From an uncultured Thermoleophilia bacterium (GTDB taxonomy: Bacteria > Actinomycetota > Thermoleophilia > UBA2241): a stretch of 64,000 nucleotides of DNA. Under the pieces are notes generated by a model, which was given only the letters and a program-made list of their open reading frames with translations, did not search any database and had not been told where the DNA came from. A program made the position numbers and the translations under genes. The stretch covers positions 857,880 through 921,879 of the forward strand of contig CAVVTV010000024.1 in NCBI GenBank assembly GCA_963751215.1. The letters run 5' to 3'. The stretch's first letter is position 1; the number at the start of each line of letters is the position of its first letter. This document shows positions 58,527 to 64,000 of the stretch, piece after piece.

Positions 58527-60977
58527 ATGAGCGGGGCCGACTCCAGCGCAAGCGACGGGCGCGGCGCCGGGCCCGAGGCCGGCGGCGACGTGCAGAAGCG
58601 CCTGCGCGCGTTCTTCCGCGAGGGCGGCCACGAGCAGATCGTGGCATTGGCCCACGAGGCCGCGCGCAAGGGCAGGGCGGCGGAGCTGCCGAACGACCTT
58701 CCCGATGAGCTGCGCGCGGCGCTGCTCGCGGCAGGCATTCGCACGCTGCACGGCCATCAGCGCGCGGCCTACGACTTGCTGCGGGCCGCCGAGAATGTGG
58801 TGATCAGCACCGGCACGGCGAGCGGCAAGAGCCTGTGCTACCAGCTCGCCGCGCTGGCCGAGCAGATCGCCGATCCGCAGAGTCGCGCCCTCTTCGTCTT
58901 CCCCACCAAGGCACTCGCCCAGGATCAGGCGCGCGCGCTGCACGGTCTGGCCCTGAGAGGCATCGTGCCGGCCATCTACGACGGCGACACACCACGCGAG
59001 GCGCGGGCGCTGCTGCGGCGCACGGCCACGATCCTGCTCACCAACCCCGACATGCTGCATGTCGGCATCCTGCCGGGGCACGAGCGCTGGGCCGAGTTCC
59101 TCCATCATCTGCGGTACGTGGTGCTGGACGAGGCGCACGTGTACCGCGGCGTGTTCGGCAGTCATGTGGCGCAGGTGGTGCGGCGCCTGCGACGCCTGTG
59201 CGCGGCCTACGGCGCGACGCCCCGGTTTGTGCTCACGTCGGCCACCATTGCCAACCCGCGGGCGTTCGCCGAGAAGCTGGTAGGGCTGCCCTTCACCGCC
59301 GTAGACGAAGACCAGGCGCCACGGCCCGAACGCACCGTGGTGTTCTGGGACCCGCCGCTGGAAGACGTCGCCAGCGGCCGGCGGCGCAGCGCCCTGGCCG
59401 AGGCCAGCTACGTGACGGCCGAGAGCGTGCTGGTCGGGGCGCGGGTGATCGCGTTCGCGCCCACGCGCAAGGCGGCGGAGCTGGTGTACGGTCACGTGCG
59501 CCGCCGGCTCGAAGACCGCCGCGGCGGCGGCGCGGCGGCCCGCGTACAGCCGTACCGTGCCGGCTACACGGCGCAGCAGCGGCGCGAGATCGAGCGACGC
59601 CTGTTCGCGCACGAGCTGGACGCCGTGGTGGCCACCCAGGCTCTGGAGCTGGGCATCGACGTGGGCTCGCTGGACGTGTCGCTGGTCACTGGGTTCCCCG
59701 GCACGGTCACGAGCCTGCGCCAGCGCTGGGGGAGGGCAGGCCGGCAAGGTCACGGCTTCGCCGTGTTGGTGGCCGGCCAGGACGCTCTCGACCAGTACTT
59801 CATGCGCGAGCCCGAGCGCCTGCTGAGTCGTCGCGTGGAGGAGGCCATCATTGACCTGCACAACCCGCACATCAGCGGCCCGCATCTGGAGGCGGCGGCC
59901 TACGAACGGCCTCTCACGGCGGGCGACACGGTCTACTTCGGCGAGCGTGGGTTGCTGGCGGCTGACCGGCTGGAGCAGGCCGGGCGGTTGCGCCGACGGG
60001 GTGACGGCCTGGTCTGGACGCGGCCGTATTCGCCCGCCGCCCAGACTGGTCTGCGCACGGCGAGCAACGAGCAGTTCGCCATCGTGGAGGCGCGCGGCGG
60101 TGAGATCATCGGCACCGTGGAGCGCGAGCGCGTGTTTCGCTTCGCGCATCCGGGCGCCGTGTACCTGCATCTGGGACGCAGCTACCTGGTGAAGCATCTC
60201 GACCTGGAGGCCCGCACGGTGCTGGTAGACGACTTCGACGGCACCTACTACACCCAGGTGAAGACCGACAAGAACGTGCGGGTGGCCGGGCAGGCAGGCC
60301 TGCGCTCGCTGCCCGGCGCTACCCTCTTCTTCGGCGAGATCGAGGTCACCGAGCAGGTGATCGCCTACCAGCGGCGCGACCTCACCGACCAGCACATCAT
60401 CGACACCACCACCCTCGACTTGCCCGAGCAGACCTTCACCACACAGGCGTTCTGGCTGGCGGTGCCGGCGGCGACCATGGAGGAAGCGCTGGCGGAACTG
60501 GCCAGAGCCCGTGCGGCGGCGGCGGCCGGCCCGGCGGCGGCCGGCGGCACGACAACGGCTGGCGCCGGCCCGGCGGCGGCCGGCCCGGCGGCGGCCGACG
60601 ACCAGGCCGGCCCCGGCAGCCTGCACGCCGCCGAGCACGCGCTCATCGCTCTGCTTCCGCTGTATGCCATGTGCGACCGCTGGGACATCGGCGGCCTGAG
60701 CACGCCCTGGCACTGGCAGACCGACGCGGCCACGATCTTCGTGTACGACGGCTATCCCGGCGGCATTGGCCTCACACGCCGCGGCTACGAAGCCTTCGAG
60801 AGCCTCGCCGCCGACGCCCGCACGCTGATCGCGGAGTGCCCCTGCGAGAGCGGCTGCCCGAGCTGCGTGCAGAGCCCCAAATGCGGCAACCTCAACGAAC
60901 CGCTCAGCAAGGCCGGTGCCGTGGCGCTGTTAGGGGCGATCGCGGACGCCGACGCCACGGGCAGGCCAGACTGCTAG
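58527..60977 (+). CDS. DEAD/DEAH-box (DEXH) helicase with C-terminal DUF1998/MZB Cys4 domain (MrfA/YprA-like)
   Basis: Helicase motifs I (TGTASGKSL), II (VVLDEAH) and VI (QRWGRAGRQ), with a C-terminal CPCESGCPSCVQSPKCGN zinc-binding signature. Confidence 0.8.
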   Translation: MSGADSSASDGRGAGPEAGGDVQKRLRAFFREGGHEQIVALAHEAARKGRAAELPNDLPDELRAALLAAGIRTLHGHQRAAYDLLRAAENVVISTGTASGKSLCYQLAALAEQIADPQSRALFVFPTKALAQDQARALHGLALRGIVPAIYDGDTPREARALLRRTATILLTNPDMLHVGILPGHERWAEFLHHLRYVVLDEAHVYRGVFGSHVAQVVRRLRRLCAAYGATPRFVLTSATIANPRAFAEKLVGLPFTAVDEDQAPRPERTVVFWDPPLEDVASGRRRSALAEASYVTAESVLVGARVIAFAPTRKAAELVYGHVRRRLEDRRGGGAAARVQPYRAGYTAQQRREIERRLFAHELDAVVATQALELGIDVGSLDVSLVTGFPGTVTSLRQRWGRAGRQGHGFAVLVAGQDALDQYFMREPERLLSRRVEEAIIDLHNPHISGPHLEAAAYERPLTAGDTVYFGERGLLAADRLEQAGRLRRRGDGLVWTRPYSPAAQTGLRTASNEQFAIVEARGGEIIGTVERERVFRFAHPGAVYLHLGRSYLVKHLDLEARTVLVDDFDGTYYTQVKTDKNVRVAGQAGLRSLPGATLFFGEIEVTEQVIAYQRRDLTDQHIIDTTTLDLPEQTFTTQAFWLAVPAATMEEALAELARARAAAAAGPAAAGGTTTAGAGPAAAGPAAADDQAGPGSLHAAEHALIALLPLYAMCDRWDIGGLSTPWHWQTDAATIFVYDGYPGGIGLTRRGYEAFESLAADARTLIAECPCESGCPSCVQSPKCGNLNEPLSKAGAVALLGAIADADATGRPDC

Positions 60978-60983
60978 GCAGCC

Positions 60984-62402
60984 TCATCCTTGGTGCTTCG
61001 CGAAGCTTGCGATCACCGCCTGCGCATAGCGCAGCACGTCATCGGCCAGCGGCGGCGGCTCGTGGGTCTGCAGAAGCTCCGCGGCGCGCGCCGCCGCCTC
61101 GCGCACGAGCGCCTTTGGGTCGCCCTGCGCGCGCCCGCGACGAAACACGCCGGGCTCCCACAGCCGGCCGGCGGGCAGCATGGCGCGGGTCGAGCGCCGG
61201 CCGAGAAAATGCCCACCGGGCCCCACCGCGAGAACGTCCTCGAGGAGCGAGGCCGAGGGGTCGACGGCACACTCGCCGAGAAGGCGGCGCACGGCGGCCA
61301 TGGCGTCGTTGTCGAGGACCGCGTCGGCCAGGCTGAAGCTCTGCGCCCCGTCGAGCGTGCCGAAGCCCACCAGGGAATCGGCGCCGGCGAGCGCCGCCAG
61401 CGCGGCCGACAGCGCGCCCTCCGAGCCCTCCTGGAGGTCTGGATACCGGGCGTCGCCGCCCAGGCCGCCGAGCTGGTTGGGCAGACCGTAGAAGCGGCAC
61501 ATCTCGAGGCTGGCGATGCTCGCCACGGTCGCTTCCGGCGCACCGCATACGTACTGGCCGGTGCGCATGTCGGCGACCCCCGGCTCGGGGGCGACGATAA
61601 GGGCGCAGCCGGGAGCGGCGAGCTGGAGCAGCACCACGGTAGAGAGGATCTCGGCCATGCTCACGATGCAGGTGCCGATGGGGCTCGCCGGGGCCGTGGT
61701 GCCCATGAGCGGCATGGGCATGACGATGATCGGCACTCCGTGCCGCGCCAGCGCGAGGCTCGCCTGGGTCATGGCCGCGTCATGCTGCAGCGGCGCGACC
61801 GTGCAGTTGATGCTCGAGAAGATCGGCCGCTGCTTCAGGGGAGCGCCGGCCACGGCCTCGAGGATGTCTACGAGCGGCTCCACGAACTCGGGGCCACGCA
61901 CCTCGTCCTGCAGGTGCTTGGCGCACTCCGTGAGCGAGATGAGCTCTATCTCCAGGTTGGCCGTGGCAGGGTCGAGGTCGCGGGCCGAGAGCGACGGCCA
62001 CACGTAGTCGCACTCGGGCAGGGCGTCGAGCAGGCGCATGACCTGGCGTAGTCGCTGGGCCGTGCCGGGCAGACGCTCGCCGCTGGCGTCGTCGAGGAGA
62101 TACGTGGCGGTGCCGTCGCTACACACCGACAGAGGATGACCGCCGCCCACCACCACGTCCCGCGCCGGGTCGCGGGCGGCCAGCAACACCCGCGCCGGCG
62201 TGATGCGCAGCGCCGCCTCGACGAGGTCGTCGTCGAGGCATGCCGTGAGCCGCTCACGATCCACCCGCGCGCCGGCTTCGGCCAGCAGGTCGACCGCCTG
62301 CGGAGCGTTGTAGGCCACGCCGGCGGCCAGCACCCGCAACGTCTGCTCGTGGATGGACTGCTTGTCGTCTTCACTCAGGAACTGTAAGCGCGCCCGCGCC
62401 AT
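60984..62402 (-). CDS. MttB-superfamily (non-pyrrolysine) quaternary-amine/trimethylamine-type methyltransferase
   Basis: ~470 aa of COG5598/MttB-like sequence with a TIM-barrel pattern and no in-frame amber codon. Confidence 0.7.
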   Translation of the reverse strand: MARARLQFLSEDDKQSIHEQTLRVLAAGVAYNAPQAVDLLAEAGARVDRERLTACLDDDLVEAALRITPARVLLAARDPARDVVVGGGHPLSVCSDGTATYLLDDASGERLPGTAQRLRQVMRLLDALPECDYVWPSLSARDLDPATANLEIELISLTECAKHLQDEVRGPEFVEPLVDILEAVAGAPLKQRPIFSSINCTVAPLQHDAAMTQASLALARHGVPIIVMPMPLMGTTAPASPIGTCIVSMAEILSTVVLLQLAAPGCALIVAPEPGVADMRTGQYVCGAPEATVASIASLEMCRFYGLPNQLGGLGGDARYPDLQEGSEGALSAALAALAGADSLVGFGTLDGAQSFSLADAVLDNDAMAAVRRLLGECAVDPSASLLEDVLAVGPGGHFLGRRSTRAMLPAGRLWEPGVFRRGRAQGDPKALVREAAARAAELLQTHEPPPLADDVLRYAQAVIASFAKHQG

Positions 62403-62437
62403 GTCGCCCCTTCCTCAGATTCTCTCGCCGTCGCCGG

Positions 62438-63883
62438 TCAGCCCTCGCTAGGCGCCGTGCCGCTAAGGTCGACCGCCGGCGCGCCGGGACGCCCTCCCAG
62501 AGTGTGCTTGAAGATCACGTAGGCGATGGGCCCCGCGACGAGGCCGATGAACCCGCCGATGCCGTACCAGCCGATCGTGAGGCCGGAGATCTTGAACGCG
62601 GAGTGGCCGAAGACGGTGGTGCTCGTGTCGACGGCGTTGGCCGCGATGGTCCACAGCGCGATGAACACGGCCGGCGCGCAGATCGCGACGAGCACCGCCG
62701 TGTTGCCCCAGATGCGGAAGGGCCGCTCCATGCCGGGCTCTTTCTGCCGCAGCCGCACGGCCGCGACGAAGATGAGCAGGTAGTAGAACATGTTGAGCAT
62801 CACGTCGATGACCACGAGATTCTGGAACGTGCTGATGATGAGCACCAGGTTCAGGCCGGCCAGGAACACGATGGATATCCACGGCGTGCCGTACTTGGGA
62901 TGCGCGCGGTAGAGCGCCTTGGGTAGCAGCCGGTCCTGGGCCATGGCGTACGCGGGCCGCGAGCCCGAGGTGAGGTAGTCCTGGTAGAGCGCCATGTTGC
63001 TGATCACCGCGGCACCGAGCATGGCGTAGCCCAGCACCGGTCCGCCCAGCGACTTGGCCATCTCCACGAACGACGTGCCGCCGTTGGTGGCCCAGTTGCT
63101 CCAGTTGCCTACCCCGGCGAGGCCGGCCAGGGTGGGCAGGAAGTAGAGCGCCACGACGATGGGCATGGCGATCATCAGAGCCTTGGGGATGATGCGCCGC
63201 GGGTTCTCGATCTCTCCGGCCAACGGTGACATGGAGTCGTAACCGGAGTACATCCACACACCCACGGCCAGGCCCAGATTGGTGGACGAGAAGAAGCTCT
63301 GCCCGTGAGGCACGAACGGCTGCCAGGGCACGCCGTGCCAGTGCGCGAAGCCGAGCACGATGAGCGCCAAGAAGGGCGCCACGATGATGATGGTGAAGAT
63401 CACCGAGCTGAGGGCGATGATGTTGAGCCCGCGGATGTTGGTGTAGGCGAACACGGCGATGAGGACCGCCCCGATGAGCCAGAGCTCCAGGCCGCTAAGC
63501 TGCGGCCACCAGGTGGCCACGTAGCCCTGAATGAGGGCGATGTAGACGGCCGAGTCGACCCACTGGCAGGTCCACGACCACCAGCCGCACTGAAAGCCCC
63601 AGAACTCGCCCATGGCACGCCGCGTCCAGGCGTAGTAGCCACCTTCCTCGGGAAGCGCCGAGCCCAGCTCGGAGCAGACCAGAGCCATGGGCATCGCCCA
63701 CACCAGGGGCAGCACCAGGAGCATCAGGAGCGTGAGACCTGGGCCCGACGACGGCACCATGTCTTCGATGCCGAAGGCGCCGGACGACACGAAGATGAAG
63801 ATCATGGCCACCACCGCGAACAGCCGGATCCTCACCGTGCGCAGGTGCTCAGGCATGGCGTCCCCCCTGCTCGCGAGCGTCAC
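62438..63883 (-). CDS. APC-superfamily amino acid/polyamine/organocation permease
   Basis: 12-TM permease; directly upstream of the MttB-like gene on the same strand. Confidence 0.75.
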   Translation of the reverse strand: MTLASRGDAMPEHLRTVRIRLFAVVAMIFIFVSSGAFGIEDMVPSSGPGLTLLMLLVLPLVWAMPMALVCSELGSALPEEGGYYAWTRRAMGEFWGFQCGWWSWTCQWVDSAVYIALIQGYVATWWPQLSGLELWLIGAVLIAVFAYTNIRGLNIIALSSVIFTIIIVAPFLALIVLGFAHWHGVPWQPFVPHGQSFFSSTNLGLAVGVWMYSGYDSMSPLAGEIENPRRIIPKALMIAMPIVVALYFLPTLAGLAGVGNWSNWATNGGTSFVEMAKSLGGPVLGYAMLGAAVISNMALYQDYLTSGSRPAYAMAQDRLLPKALYRAHPKYGTPWISIVFLAGLNLVLIISTFQNLVVIDVMLNMFYYLLIFVAAVRLRQKEPGMERPFRIWGNTAVLVAICAPAVFIALWTIAANAVDTSTTVFGHSAFKISGLTIGWYGIGGFIGLVAGPIAYVIFKHTLGGRPGAPAVDLSGTAPSEG

Positions 63884-63903
63884 ATCTCAGAGGCACGGCG
63901 CTC

Positions 63904-64000
63904 AGCCGTCCAGCGCGACGGCCAGTTTCCGGCAGGCCTCCAGCCCGGCGATGGACTCGGGCGGCAGATCGATCACGTTCCAGGGGCAGCCGAGACGGCT
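63904..64000 (-). CDS. 3' end of an unidentified gene (partial, continues beyond window)
   Basis: Open frame ending ...CPWNVIDLPPESIAGLEACRKLAVALDG with a stop at 63904. Confidence 0.3.

Overview
This is a very GC-rich bacterial chromosomal segment whose gene order resembles Actinobacteria, running from a tRNA-Gln at the left edge to a partial ORF at the right edge. Its core is the conserved translation/transcription super-locus, all on the minus strand. From right to left that locus reads: rpmG, tRNA-Trp, secE-nusG-rplKA, rplJL, an inserted ArsR/Fe-S/FmdB/OsmC island, rpoB-rpoC, rpsL-rpsG-fusA-tuf, the complete S10, spc and alpha operons (rpsJ to rplQ), then ecfA-ecfT-truA. To the left of that lie ispE-ksgA-tatD-metG and rsmI, separated by a small Lrp/ureohydrolase/flavin-reductase/homocysteine-methyltransferase island. 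Accessory segments include a solitary type IV pilin-like gene followed by an orphan DNA methyltransferase. Others are an LCP protein with a ROK kinase, and an Abi/CPBP protease next to an MTAP-like phosphorylase. A cell-envelope module comprises an M23-like protein divergent from an ECF sigma factor fused in-frame to a zinc-finger/transmembrane anti-sigma domain with a tandem-repeat lysine-rich tail, followed by a CAP-domain secreted protein. The right end carries a DEXH helicase with a C-terminal Cys4 domain and a non-pyrrolysine MttB-family methyltransferase with an APC permease. I found no single obvious mobile element or classical defence island. The most unusual features are lineage-specific: long Ala/Lys/Pro-rich N-terminal extensions on L4 and S17, an Arg/Gly-rich tail on S3, an acidic tail on RpoB, Cys4 motifs in L24 and EF-Tu, and two families of short palindromic intergenic repeats that embed convergent stop codons. 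There are also three tandem 77-bp hairpin repeats downstream of rpoC, and the fused membrane-anchored sigma/anti-sigma gene. Many long antisense ORFs in the six-frame track are GC-driven artefacts. Start codons are frequently GTG or TTG, so the ORF-track N-termini are maximal extensions rather than true starts.
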